Positions 49,533 through 63,100 are shown, numbered from the stretch's first letter. The stretch is DNA of 64,000 nucleotides from Antedon mediterranea (GCF_964355755.1 NC_092670.1:10588795-10652794), one strand, 5' to 3'. Numbers and translations: made by a program. Notes: generated by a model from the letters alone, not told the origin.

Positions 49533-51028
49533 CGTATCCGGATATTCACCCCCTGGACATTTACCCCCCGGACAACTACCCCCCGGACAACCACCACCTG
49601 GACCACTACCCCCTTAGGACAACTACCCCTTTAGGACAACTACCCCCCGGACAAATACCCCCAGACAACTACCCCCTTAGGACAACAACCCCCTTAGGAC
49701 AACTACCCCCTGGACAACTACCCCCCGGACAATTACTCCCTAGGAACAATTACCCCCCGGACAATTACCACCCAGAAAACTATCCCTTTAGAACACCCTA
49801 ACCACCCAGACCATTCAACAACCTGACTCTGCAACAGTGTATAATAGGAATTAATAACTATATTTTAATTCGTTACTTTGACGAATTACTATTCATTATT
49901 GTAAACAAAAGTAAAAGATTGAACATAAATATAGCCTGGTATAAACTGAAGATTGTCACACATGATCATAGGATAGTCGAACGTATTATGTACTCCCTGT
50001 ATTTACTGTAAAGACTGGGTTCGCTAATAATAATAATAATTTTTGCGTCAGGACAATGCTTCGATAACCACTGGTCTTAAAAGAATTAATTTTTGTCTCA
50101 AATTTGTCATATATGTATTTTTGTACACTTGAAGAATAATATCACTTTTGATATTTGACCTCAATGTTCACTCACCGAATAAACGTCGATCTTTAAATAA
50201 ATTCCCCTCAAATAAACGGTGACCATGTCACTCCCATGAAACATCATATGGAATAATCGTCGTCTATTTCCATTAGATTATACCCCCTCCCATTGAATAA
50301 ACAACTTTCTTCCAAAAATGTCCACCTAAAAACCACCTAAACAATAAACAGCCCAGGCCGTTTTTTCAATAAATACGGTACTTTAAATCTAGCACATCTA
50401 GGGTCTAGCGTGCTGTTAAACAGAATAATCGGTTAAAAACGGGTGTTTCGAAACTAGAGACCCGAGACCAGAGACCAGAGACCCGAGACCCAATACGAAA
50501 AGGGAGACCTAAATATACGAAAGGGAGACCCACGTACAAAAAGGGAGACCCCACTATACGAAAAGAGAGACCACATTATACGAAAAGGGAGACCCTAATA
50601 TACGAAAAGGGAGACCCAAATATAGGTCTCCCTTTTCGTATTGGGTCTCGTGTCAGGTCTATGGTCTCGGGTCTCTAGTTTCGAAACACCCGTTAAAAAC
50701 AGATGATTTCATTTTTACAGAAACCGGTCCTATATATTTGTCTACTTTTGGAAGGGGGGGAGGGGGTAGTTGACCTGACCGGGGGGTAGTTGACCAGGGG
50801 GTAGTTAGCTGGGGGGTAGTTATCCTAAGGGGGTAGTTGTCCTAAGGGGGTGGTTGTCCGGGGGATAGTTGTCCGGGGGTTGTTATCCTAAGGGGGTAGT
50901 TGTCCTAAGGGGGTAGTTGTCCGGGGGGTAGTTGTCCGGGGGTAGTTGTCCTAAGGGGGTAGTTGTCCGGGTGGTAAACATCCGGGGGGGGGGGGGGTAA
51001 CTGTCTAGGGGGTAGGTGTCCTAGAACC
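49533..51028. mobile_element. Mutator-like foldback element with ggacaactaccccc tandem arrays at both ends
   Basis: Inverted arrays 49540-49800 and 50760-51025; 9-bp TSD gttgaaagc / attgaaagc. Confidence 0.82.
50441..50691. mobile_element. Mutator-like MITE nested in the previous element
   Basis: TIR gggtgtttcgaaactagagacccgagacca, perfect 9-bp TSD gttaaaaac. Confidence 0.87.
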
Positions 51029-51546
51029 ATTGAAAGCAGTTATTTTTGTGTTTGAATTGTCGGGGAGTTGCATAGGATTTTATTTCCTTCGTTATGTGAT
51101 AATGAATCCAATAATGTGGAAAAGTTGATTTTGAAGGAATTAATTATTTTGTACGAATTTCTGATTTTTTTCTCGACGGAAAAGGGATTCCCCTCACATA
51201 CTGCTTGTGACGTCACACACTGCAATTCCTACCTCTTTATAATAGAGGGCGCTGTTGGCCTTAACTAAACCACCTGTTTGTTAAACAGATGTTGCCATGA
51301 CGTATGCTATTGGGTATGTATTTTAAGACAACAAACATCACAAATGAAAGAACAATAATAATATTACAAACAACACATTAAGTTCTTAACTTAACTAATT
51401 CTTCTGGTAAAAACCTAAAGTTACTAAATCATTTAAAATGTTGTGTTAAGAAAAGAATCTCTTGCACTATTTGCTGTGTCAGTAGGTAAAGTAATTTCCA
51501 GTATAGATTATCTCTGAATATTTTATACAATTACTATTGTACATAG

Positions 51547-51823
51547 TTAAAGTCCTCCCTTTGGTGCTCTTTTAACCATCATCTGTGTAATCTTATGGCT
51601 GTATTTAGTTCCCTTGAAATGATGCCACAATATATACCTTTGTCATAATTGGCAGCTGCAATTGTACCTGGTGTAAGGTAAGGGCCATTCAGGGATAAGT
51701 GGTAACAATTTTTAAACCACCAACCAGCTTGGGAGTTTTTGGCACAGTTCTTACTAGACGTTCCATCATTGTCTCTGTCTTATGTTGAAAACGGTCTGTC
51801 CTTATGGTATGCCATAGAGTCAC
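51547..51823 (-). pseudogene. FReD-3 pseudogene, terminal exon
   Basis: GDSMAYHKDRPFST*DRDND..NCAKNSQAGWWFKNCYH..QMMVKRAP; premature TAA at 51782-51780 and a 2-nt frameshift near 51632; upstream exon missing. Confidence 0.9.
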
Positions 51824-54800
51824 CTACCAAAAGAAAGATCAAGTTTGAGACATTTTTTAAGTTTAGGTTTTGTTTCGAACTTGGGTACGGTTTTTAGGTG
51901 TTGTTTCACACTCAGGTTTTTTAGACTCTGGTTTGAGTTTTTTTTCACACTCTGGTTGCAGCACACCCAGGTTTGAGTGAACGCTTAGTTTAAAGTAATA
52001 TTTTAGTATTTTTATTTAATTATTTTGTTTTTATTTCCCTCAAAGCTTTTCCAATTCCTACCACTGAATACATCCCTGATAAAATTAATTTGTAATGCCT
52101 TCACCTGCATTTCCTGTGTACCCACTAATTCTGAGACCTTGCTTGTCTTGTTTGTTTCCATTTTGTGTTTAGTAGGACCGGTCACACGTACACACGATAC
52201 AATTAATATCATTTGCGTTCATTTCATAGTGGGCTTCGTAGCTTCAATATTTAGTTCGTTCCGCCATTCTAGTAATGCATGCCATCAGATCTTGTGCAAT
52301 GTGTTTAAAAGTGAGTTTTTTAGTTAGAACTGAACATTTAAAGTCGTTTTTGTACCTGATTTTTTATTTCCATTTTCTATAGGATAATAAATAAGCTCTT
52401 TCGCAATTTATATTTTTTTACATAACTACGATAAAGAACTTTCAAGGTCACTTCATTTTTAAAATTGAAAGAATGGATTTGCAGGCAGTATTTTATTTAC
52501 ATGTACCATGAAAAAAATTCCTCCCCTAAATTTAGCCTCAAATTATGCTAGAACGCTGCTGCGTCCGGGGACTTTAGTCCTGACTTTAGATCCTGTCACC
52601 ACCAGTGCTTGGGTACAGTACATGTCTCAAGTTCTTTCCCAGCAGTCAATGTCCTTATCATTTAACCAGTCGTATTTCTAACATTATTTTTATTATCCTT
52701 TAAATGTGATAATTGCAAAGGAAACCCTACAGTATGTGGGTATTCATTGATTATTTTCACTACAAGGTACAAAGGGTGTATAATAAGGCCTTAAAAAAGT
52801 AAATTCTTTGTTTACTTGAAATATGTTTTTAGTGTAAAAATGGATTGAAGATATACTAACCTAGTTAGTTAGTATTAGGCTAGGCTCAGCCTAGGCGTTT
52901 TAGCCTTGCTAGGCCTAGGATTGTTTGGTCGTTTGTTGACATAATTAACACTAAAATAGGTGTGTTTATAAAATCCATATAAATATAACATTTAATATAA
53001 TATTATTAAAAAACAAATGAAATGTAGGCCTTGGCTAGGACTACTATTTATTTGATTCAAATGACAGGAAGCTATTTAGATGTAAAACAAATAATGATTG
53101 TTTTATATTCGTGTAATGGTACAAATAATGGCATTTGATGAATGATAAAATGTTAAATATCAACTCGGCTTATTGTATGATGCTTTAAAACCTAAGTTTT
53201 ACCTAAATGTAAATTGGATTAAATTGAACTATTCAACATTTTAATTACTTGAATTCTGCCATATAGCCAATAATTGCTCTAGGCAGTAAAATAGCTCGCA
53301 TTTAAATTTCTAAATGCTCCAGCATGTCAGTTAATACATTTTATATTAAGTGTTTTGAGACGATTATTTACATGTGGAAAATATTTGTCAAAGCAAATGG
53401 CTGGCCGGAGAAATTAACTTTGTTTTACAAGGGTAGCTCTAACAGCTGTACTTGCTGCAGTACAGGTGTCTTACAGAGGCCCTCTTAAAAACAATACAAA
53501 ATGCCTACTACATTCAAGCATCAAATTACAAGCAGATTCATAAAAGTTAAAATTCACACAAAAACAATTTAGAAAAGTTTAAATTCATTGAAGTATAACA
53601 ATTTAAAATATAAAAATAGATTTAATTTGTCACTATGACGAATTATAGGTTATATGCATTGATTTAAATAAAGATAATTGATTTTTAAAAGATATATTAA
53701 TTGATTGATTTTGTCAAAACCATATACCATAAGCCATATAGTATACACTTGAATAAAACAATCCGATCAAAGATCCCTCCGCTTATGTCATAAACCACCC
53801 TTACAGTACATAATAATAAACACATTACTTTTTCACTAGGTTTCATTATAAATCATGCTTATTATAATTTATACACTGAATAAACAATACAAATATAAAA
53901 AAAAAATTGTCTTTCATTTCGTTTCCCAACGTGAGACTTGATCTCGGGACCTCGACTGCTATAGACGAGATCACATGAGACCACCGAGCCATGTACACCT
54001 GAATAAAAGTTGAAGGAAGATTCCTCCGTGTATTTAGTATGCAGTAACTACTTAGGCGCAGATAGATTATGACATACCGCAATGAATCATAAGTTTTTAC
54101 AATGATGGTATCTTTAAAAATAAAAAAAAAATGCACTGTCAAAGTATATATTTCCAACGTTAATATATGAAAATTTTAAAAAAAAATGTTAATGTTGTTA
54201 AGTTTGTTATTTCGGTCGAAGAAAATGTCATAGTTTGTTTGATTGTCAAAATTTTTATTTTTTAATTTAATATGCAATTAATGATGATGTAATCAACTTT
54301 TTTTCTCTTATTCTCTTATTTTCATAAATCATACATGTGATAAATACACTTTAAGAAAATGAATTGCAAAATAGGGGTTCCCGAGCATTTTGACGATCTA
54401 TTTAGCATATTTTCACCATTTTTTTTACACCTGTCACTTTCGACATGCTCGTATAACATGGTTTCAAGTTTTTTGATTGCGCATCGTAAAAAGATAATCA
54501 CATCGATTCCTGACCATAGGGAATATTCTCTGAAAAAATGACGTACCTAGATGAAATTGATCCAAAGATAATTGATGAACAAAATAGTGCTAAGGAAAGA
54601 ATAAATAAATACAGATTCTGACAGAATCAATAAGGTTATATGCATGAAAATGCATATAACCTAGAAATATGAAATTCTTCATAAAAATAAAATTTTGCAT
54701 AAATGAGTCAATTTTGGTGAATTTCCAAACAATTAAAATGATCGTGAAAGAATTTCATTTAGCTTCGATTTTGTATAGATGACAAATTTCGTTTTTGTAA

Positions 54801-54929
54801 AAGCACAAGTTAACGGAGTACTTACTCGAACGTTTCGATCTCTATCAGAGATCCTTCTCAACTGACTGCGGAGTGTTAATGCAGCTTGGTCATTCTTGAC
54901 GTCATCTGTTGATGACGTCGTACGCCTCC

Positions 54930-57028
54930 AGATCTTAAGAGAAAAATTGGTGGTAAATCTGTCTAGTAAGTTGGTTAGTGAGGACGAAATATCAGCATTA
55001 CAAAGGGGATTGAACTATTCGGCGAGCCCACGATCCATGCCCATTGACGATCTCATAGTAGCGGCTGAAAAAGCGGCTGATCTCGTCCCCCTGGAAGAAC
55101 AAGATACCGTTCGCAGTAAAATTGTAGCTATTGTAAAATCTACCACTCTACCACCTTCAAATTTAACCCCCAAAGAACGACAGGCCATAAACAACTTGAA
55201 GAAAGATAAATATATTCTTATTCTCCCAGCGAATAAAGGTAGATCTACTGTCATCCTAAATACTAATGATTACAAAGATAAAGTGGGAACCATGGTGAGC
55301 GACACTAATGTTTACGAACTGCTAAAACGTAATCCAACACAAAACTATAAACGAAAAGTGGTCAACATCATAGGCAGGTTGTTCAAAGAAAAGAAAATCA
55401 ACTACAGAGAGAAAGAATGGCTGTTTCCCACGGCTGAAATTGTACCTAGGTTGTATTGTCTTCCGAAGATAGATAAACCAAATTGGCCATTAAGACCTAT
55501 AGTAGATAACATCAACACCGTTTTTTACACCGTTGCACAATTCCTCACCAAAATCCTGGGTCCGCTTGTCGGAAACACAGAACATCATGTAACTTACTCA
55601 GGAGAGTTGGCGAGTGAACTAAAAGAAATAATAGTCAAACCAAGTGAAACAATTGTCTCGTTTGACGTAGTATCTCTGTTTACAAAAACACCAGTAGAAG
55701 AGGCCCTCAAAGTTGTCGAAAATCGCCTAACAACAGATCCGACACTTCTGGATAGAACTAAACTACATGTGACAGACATAATGGAGCTCCTCGGTTTAAT
55801 TGTGAACAAAACCTATTTCTCGTTCAATGGTAACATTTATAGGCAAATACAAGGCATTGCTATGGGAAGCCCAATAAGTCCTATATTGGCGAACTTGTAT
55901 CTAGAGTGGCTCGAACATCAAGCCATAAACACGGCACCCACTAACATCAAGCCTGTGTATTGGAAACGATACGTTGATGATGTATTAGCTATCGTCCCCA
56001 TAGGTACAGTACATACATTTAACACACATCTTAATAACATCAATATAACTGACAATATCAAGTTCACCACAGAATCGATGACAAACAACACAATACCTTT
56101 CCTGGACATGCTCATCACTCTCAATGACAATGGAACAGTTACCACCTCAGTCTATCGGAAGCCCACTCACACAGACCAATATTTACATTTCAACTCACAT
56201 CATCCACTCGAACACAAACTGGGGCTTATAAACACACGTGTGGACAGAGCTGAGAAGGTAGTGGGAGATATGGATTTGAGGAAAGTTGAGATGGATAACA
56301 TCAAGAAAGCGTTACACAACTGCCAGTATCCAGAGTGGTCCTTCCAGAGAGTTATGGAAAACCGAAAAAGAAAAAAGAACAAAGGACACGAACCACAGAA
56401 AGAAAAGATCAAGATGCGAGGTAGCATAGGAATCCCCTATGTAAAAGGAATTGCAGAAAGAATACGACACACTCTCTCCTATCACAATGTCGGAACCTAT
56501 TTCCTACCCCAAAATAAAATCAAGAATAGCCTCGTCCACCCAAAAGATAAAATCGAGAAGATGGATACATGTGGAGTAATCTACGAAGTCACCTGCCGCA
56601 ACTGTCCACAAGTTTACATTGGGGAAACAGGGAGGGCATTACAAACACGAATTAATGATCACAAAAAAGATGTTACAACAAACACGGGGGGAGTAATGAC
56701 TAGGGCCTCCAGAACATCCACATCTTCGATCATACACAAATCTGCCATTACAGAACATGTCATAAAACACAATCATGTACCGAACTGGGAGGCTACCATC
56801 TTAACCAAAGAGCCTAAACGCAAAGACAGACAGATTAGAGAATCATTACATATAAGGAGAAATAAAGAGAAGACCATGAACCGGGACACTGGAGCCCACG
56901 AACTCTCGCATTTGTACAATGATTTGATAGAAACATCACCTGGCCGAGCCCCGCACAACCTCCAACATACAACCGGAGGCGTACGACGTCATCAACAGAT
57001 GACGTCAAGAATGAGCAAGCTGCATTAA
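54930..57028 (+). CDS. Penelope-type reverse transcriptase + GIY-YIG endonuclease (N-terminally truncated, uninterrupted)
   Basis: VVNLSS..GLNY, SFDVVSLFT, GIAMGSPISP, RYVDD, VYRKPTHT, GVIYEVTCRNCPQVYIGETGR. Confidence 0.92.
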
Positions 57029-57039
57029 CACTCCGCAGT

Positions 57040-57080
57040 CAGTTGAGAAGGATCTCTGATAGAGATCGAAACGTTCGAGT
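57040..57080 (+). ncRNA. Variant minimal hammerhead-like motif in the Penelope pLTR (antisense copy at ~54824-54864)
   Basis: TTGAGAA-g-gatctc(tgata)gagatc-GAAA-cg-TT: U3-A8 core variant, 6-bp stem II, palindromic AACGTT; stem I is weak. Confidence 0.5.
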
Positions 57081-57937
57081 AAGTACTCCGTTAACTTGTG
57101 CTTTTACAAAAACGAAATTTGTCATCTATAATTAAAATGATGTTTCTGGTGTTCTCTTAATCACCGCCCTCTTGTAACTGTTGCCAACTGATGTTGTATT
57201 AGAACATCTAGGTGTTAGGTTAAACCCATTTAGGTTTGAAAGTGTATAGGAAAGTTTTGTTTTAGTGATTTTTTACATTTATACATTGAAAGCTTTAGAT
57301 TTAAATCTTAAATTGTATAGTAGTTTATTTGCTTTTTTAATGTTTATATACTTTCGCCTTTACCTTGGAAAATACATAAACATTCATCTTGTGTTTGCTT
57401 ATGTCACAAATTTCTTTGATCAAAACCAATATTATAAATATAATATGTAGGCCTACATTCATTGTAAGTATTTATTTCATTTTTAATCATTTCAAAACAA
57501 GATTTAACACTTAAAACTACAGCAAATATCTACTTAAAATATAGGAAATACTGATTTATGATTAGATATCAATTTGATTTTATTAATTAAAAACAATGAA
57601 TATAATAATGTCATTATTATGTATTAGCATAGTTTTAAATAATAAAATAAATATTTTTTTTACAGAATGACATGAATATATTATTTGGTATAATATTTAA
57701 AAATGATTAATAATAAAACATTCATTGTTTACTATTATATAATTTAAAATACAAAATTAAAAATTCCCTATAATAAATTTTTAAACAAATCACAGTTGAT
57801 ATGACAATATATTTGATTATTAAGGTTATAACATTTGAATTATTATAATAAAATAATTATTTAATGATAAGGTAAAATGATATTTAAAAGAAACAAAGAG
57901 GAATCTAAATTATTCAATAATTACAGATTCTGATTTG

Positions 57938-58060
57938 TTATGGTGCTCTTTTAACCATCATCACTGTTGTCTTAAAAGATCAAAATAGCGATTCCAGTTG
58001 ATGCCATTGTAATCAGCTGTACCTAGTGTGAGACAAAGCCCATTCATCATGAAAATTCTC
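57938..58060 (-). repeat. Degenerate copy of the FReD coding 3' end after the FReD-4 stop
   Basis: Nearly identical to 28509-28639. Confidence 0.88.
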
Positions 58061-58305
58061 TTATGGTGCTCTTTTAATCATCATCACTGTCTTCTTGAGA
58101 CTCTCATATTTATTATTGAAATGATACCAGTTGATACCTGCATTTGTACCTGGTGTAAGGTAAAGCCCATTCAGGTTTGAATAATGACAGGATTTGTACC
58201 ACCAACCACTTTTCCTGTCCGTAGCACAGTTAATATCCATTCTCTTATCATTGTCTTTATCATACGTTGTAAATTGTTGACCATTGTGGTATGCCAAAGA
58301 ATCAC
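58061..58305 (-). CDS. FReD-4 terminal exon; upstream exons not in window
   Basis: tttag acceptor; GDSLAYHNGQQFTTYDKDND..NCATDRKSGWWYKSCHYSNLNGLY..GINWYHFNNKYESLKKTVMMIKRAP-stop. Confidence 0.88.
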
Positions 58306-59079
58306 CTAAACAAACAAGATATTAGATCATCTTTAGTTTACTTCATATATCTTTAAATTTTTAAATATTTGTATATTTGTATCACTATCCGATCAAAGTT
58401 TCCTCTGTGTATAATGTCATAAACCACATTTGTTACATAATAATAAAGACATAAGTTACTTTATATCTAGATTTCATTATAAATCATGTGTATAATCTAT
58501 ACACTAAGAAATAAAATTGAATAAACAATACGGATAATAAAAAAATCTCATTTCGTTTCGTTTCCCAAGGTGAGACTCGATCTCGGTACCTTGAATGCCA
58601 TAGACACAGCCCAAACCACCGAGCCATACACAACTGACTAAAAGTTGTAGAATAATTCCTCCGTGTATTTACTATGCAGTAACCACTTTAGTGCAGTTAG
58701 ATTATTACATACCGCAATTAATTATAATTTTTTACTATGATGATATATTTAAAAATTTAAAAAAATGATGCACTGTCAAACTATAAACTTTTAACTTTAA
58801 TATATGAACATTTTATGGAAGAAAGTTAATGTTAGGTTTGTTATTTCGGCCTAAGAAAATGTCATAATTATTTGATTGGTATTTAAAATGCAATTAATGA
58901 TGACTTTATCAACTTTTGTTCTCTTAATTTCATAATAAAGCATACATATGATACATACACTTCAAGAAATTGAAGTAAAAAATAGGTGTTCCCGAGCATT
59001 CTGACGATCTATATTATTTTTAAAATAAAGGATATTTTCACCATTTTGTTAACTTAGACGTGCGTAGCCTGTCACTTTT

Positions 59080-60100
59080 GGTTATTTTATGTTGGCCATG
59101 AGTTTTATTTTTAACTTACAAAATATGGTTAGGCTCATCTATTCAAGTAGCGAGCTATTACAACTACGTGATCAAAACAAAGCACACCTGGACAAAGCGT
59201 ACCTGAGTAATGCCTCCGTTGGAAAGTACATTGACTGGCCTAAAGAAATCAAACGCCGCAAACGAGGTAAAGCAGGAGGTCTTAGAAAGCGAATTCGACG
59301 GAGAAGATCCAGACCGTACATCCCGTCACTGATAATCGGTGATGTACAATCGCTGGATAGCCAACAAGGGCTGAAATGAATGAGCTCAGATCAAATGTGC
59401 AGCACCTAAATGAATTTAGGAATGTAAGTTTAATTTCATTTACTGATACATGGCTAACTGACCAACACAATGATAGTCATACTGAGCTAAGTGGTTTTTA
59501 TATGGTACGTGGGGATAGAGACTCGCTGGCAACTGGTAAATCGAAAGGCGGTGGTCTGTGTTTATACGTTAATAAGGGATATTGCCATCCAAATAACGTA
59601 TCGGTAAAATGCCATGTATGTACTCCAAACTCAGAAATCATGGTGACTAACATTCGCCCATACTACATACCACAAGTGTTCTCACACGTCATCGTAATGA
59701 TATCGAACCAAAATCACCTGATGCTTTGATCATCATAAATGGAGATTTCAATCACTGTACTACTATCAGCACGTCGCATGTAATACTAGACTGAACAATA
59801 AACTAGACCTTTGCTATTCTAATCTAAAGAACGCTTACATGTCTACAAAGTTGCCAGGATTGGGAGACCATGATCTGGTTATGTTACGACCAAGATACAC
59901 CCCGCTCCACAAGACGAATAAACCAAAACAAATCACCGTAAAGAGATGGACAAACGACGCGATGCTGCAACTGCAAGGTGCACTAGAAGCAACTGATTGG
60001 GACTGTTTTAAAAACTGTTGTAACTCCATACATGATTTGACACAAATCGTAAGCGACTATATCTGTTTCTGTAGCGAACTAGTTATCCCTACAAAAATAA
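59080..60100 (+). mobile_element. Decayed Rex1/Rex-Babar-type LINE 5' part (APE endonuclease)
   Basis: YSSSELLQLR, RRKRGKAGG, FTDTWL, RGDRD..GKSKGGGLCLYVN, GDHD across frameshifted ORFs; ends at the Gypsy junction. Confidence 0.75.
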
Positions 60101-60109
60101 TTAATAAAT

Positions 60110-63100
60110 AATAGGTCTAGCTACAGTAATGCTAGGAATATAGTAGATGAAATGAAGGTAAAGGTTCCTACTTTGAAGGAATCAGATGATATTGATATAT
60201 ATTTTAGAACATTTGAACACTTGGCAGAAGCCACAGGTTGGGATAAGAATACGTGGTCCGCTAGGTTAGCACCTGAACTGTCTGGTAAAGCTAGGACAGC
60301 ATATGCATCCTTAACCGTAAAAGAATGTGTAGATTATGATACCTTAAAGGAGGCAGTCTTAGAAAAGTATGATGTGTCCGCACAGACCTACTACAGATTT
60401 AAATTTAGAAATTCAAACAGAGTTAAAGATATGCCCATCAGGGAATGGCTGAATGAGCTCTCCCATTATTTAAAATGTTGGATGAAATGTGCTAATGTAA
60501 AAGAAGATGATGCTGCAGGCATTATTGAAATGATTATAATGGAACAGGCACTTGATAAAATGCCTGAAGATCTGAGGCTTTATCTTAGAGATAAACAAGT
60601 AAATAAGAGCTATGATATGGCTATGATAGCCGATGATTATATAGCTAATAGAGGTGGCCGTGGCTATTGGAATGCCGTAAATTCTGAAAATAAGCCTACG
60701 TATTATAAGGGCCAAGAAAATAGTAAACCTAAGAATAGTACGACTCAGAATAACCCTGGAGCTAGGCAGCAAGGATACAATAGGTATCGCGGAAGGGGAG
60801 GCAAATTCCATAACTATGGTAGAAATTTCCAACAGAGAGAACCTTCGAATGAATGGATTAATGGCCTATGTTTTAATTGTAAGGAGAAGGGACATAAAAT
60901 AGGGGATTGTCCTAAGATGGTAGCAAAAGGAAAGACTAGTGACACTAAGAAGGGCCCGAATGTGAAAGATGGCTTAAGATGTGAAGGAATAAAATCAGAT
61001 AGACCCCAAGTAGTTATGGATAGTGTAGAAAATAAAATGGAGAAGTGTACAATACCAGGAAAATTAGAAGGACAGGATATAACTATTCTTAGAGACTCGG
61101 GATGTACCCAGTCAGCTGTTAAGGAAAGTCTAGTGCCTAACAAATGTTACATGCCAGGAAAATGGGTTACGTTAAGAGGTATAGGAGGCGATATTACCGT
61201 CCCCTTAGCTGAGGTAGCTATAGAAAGTAAGATAGTGACAGGAAAAGTGATTGTAGCCGTAATCGAACGATTACAGAGGGACATGTTATTGGGTCATGAT
61301 TTGGACCAGAATTGTGGGGAAACAATGGCTAAAGAAATGTTCGTCCTAACTAGGGAGCAAGCCAGAATAGAAAATGATGTTAGAATACAAGACGAAATGA
61401 TATTGTTAGGGAAAGATAGTAACTTTAAGCCGATAGAAGAGCCGCCTAAAGAAACTAATGTACAATTGTTGAAAACAGTAGTAAATGACAACAAAGTAAA
61501 TAAAACTAAGTGTTTAGATGATATGAATGGTACAGAAATGAATAATTTGTTTGACAAAAATGAGGATAAAGCTAAGATAAAACAGTCAAACGTAAAACTT
61601 ATGAACAACAGCACAAGCTGAACCTAACTAAACAAGAACTGATCAAATTGCAAACTAATGATGACTCACTCAAAGGAGTGTTTGACAGGGTAGTCCCTAT
61701 AGAAGAAATAGGTCAGAATAGGGTATGTTTCTTTATGAGACAAGGTATATTGATGAGAAATTGGAGTAGTATTAAAGATAAGAATAACCAAGTGGAACAG
61801 ATTGTATTACCCACTCAGTGTAGACAGGGTGTATTACACTTAGGTCATAATGTGCCATTTGCAGATCACATGGGTGTTGAGAAAACTAAAAGTAGGATCC
61901 TGAACCAATTCTATTGGCCAGGTATATTTAAAGATGTTGTAGTCTATTGTAAAGTCTGTAAGGAATGCCAAAAGGTAGATAAGGGTAAAAGTAAAAGGAA
62001 ACATACTTTGATACCATTACCGATTATAAGTACACCATTTAAACGTATAGCGATAGACATTGTTGTTGTCTTATCTAGAACAAGCCGTAATAACAAATAT
62101 ATGCTTACTATAATTGACTATGCTACGAGATATCCGGATGCTATCCCGTTACCCAATGTTAGAGCTGAAACAGTAGCCAGGGCTCTAATAGAAGTCTTTA
62201 CTAGAGTAGGATTACCCGAAGAGATTGTACATGATCAAGGAACTAATTTCATGTCTTCAATTATGCAATCTATATGTAGTATGTTGGGGATTAATCAATT
62301 AAAGACTACAGTGTACCACCCCCAAAGCAATGGGCTTGTTGAAAGATTTCACGGTACATTGAAAAATATGATAAGGAAACTTACAGTTAAGCAAAGAAAA
62401 AATTGGGATAACTACATACCCCCCTTTCTGTTTGCATACAGAGAAGTTCCTAGTAAAGCGACGGGCCATTCACCTTTTAAATTGCTTTATGGTAGAGAGG
62501 TGAGGGGACCCTTGAGTTTACTCAAAAGTAATTGGGTAGAAGATGAAGAAACATCTACTGATGCTATCAAATACATGTTAGACATAAGAGAAAAAATGGA
62601 GGAATTAATGAAAGATGCTAATGTAAACAAACTTGAACAACAAGAAATTATGTCCCACAATTATAACAAGAATGCTATTGATAGAGAATTTGTAGAAGGG
62701 GACAAAGTGTAAATGGCAGTAAATGGCAAGGCCCCTTCACTGTTACAAAAAAGGTCAATGATGTAAATTATGAAATATACATAGGAGGTAGAAGAAAAGA
62801 AAAACAAATTCTACATGTTAATATGTTAAAGAGATGGTATGATAAAGTAGAAATAAGTAAAGATGGTTATTATGTAGTAACAAATGTTCAATCGATAGAA
62901 GAAGTAGACTTAAATGAAACAGTCCATGGCAATGAGTTAGATAGTGAAATAGACATAGGATTGTCTTATCATCAATCACAAACATGGAGAGATGTTAACG
63001 TTAGTAGTAATTTAAATGATACACAAACTAAACAATTAACAGAATTGTTAAAGTACCAACAGAATGTATTCTCGGATGTACCAGGTAGAACTCACTTAGT

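Larger units (their letters stand above)
54743..57129 (+). mobile_element. Penelope-like element (Penelope/Poseidon type), 5'-truncated, with inverted upstream pseudo-LTR
   Basis: 54774-54929 is the reverse complement of 56975-57130 (1 mismatch seen); 12-bp TSD aattaaaatgat at 54731-54742 and 57130-57141. Confidence 0.92.

Noticed and set aside
49540-49800. Telomere-like or CRISPR-like C-rich tandem array
   Set aside because: It is one arm of a foldback transposon with an inverted partner at 50760-51025 and a 9-bp TSD
54774-57130. DNA transposon interpretation of the 156-bp terminal inverted repeats, and ORF start at 54896
   Set aside because: The enclosed ORF is a Penelope RT/GIY-YIG; the first 11 codons derive from the inverted pLTR and begin at TTG
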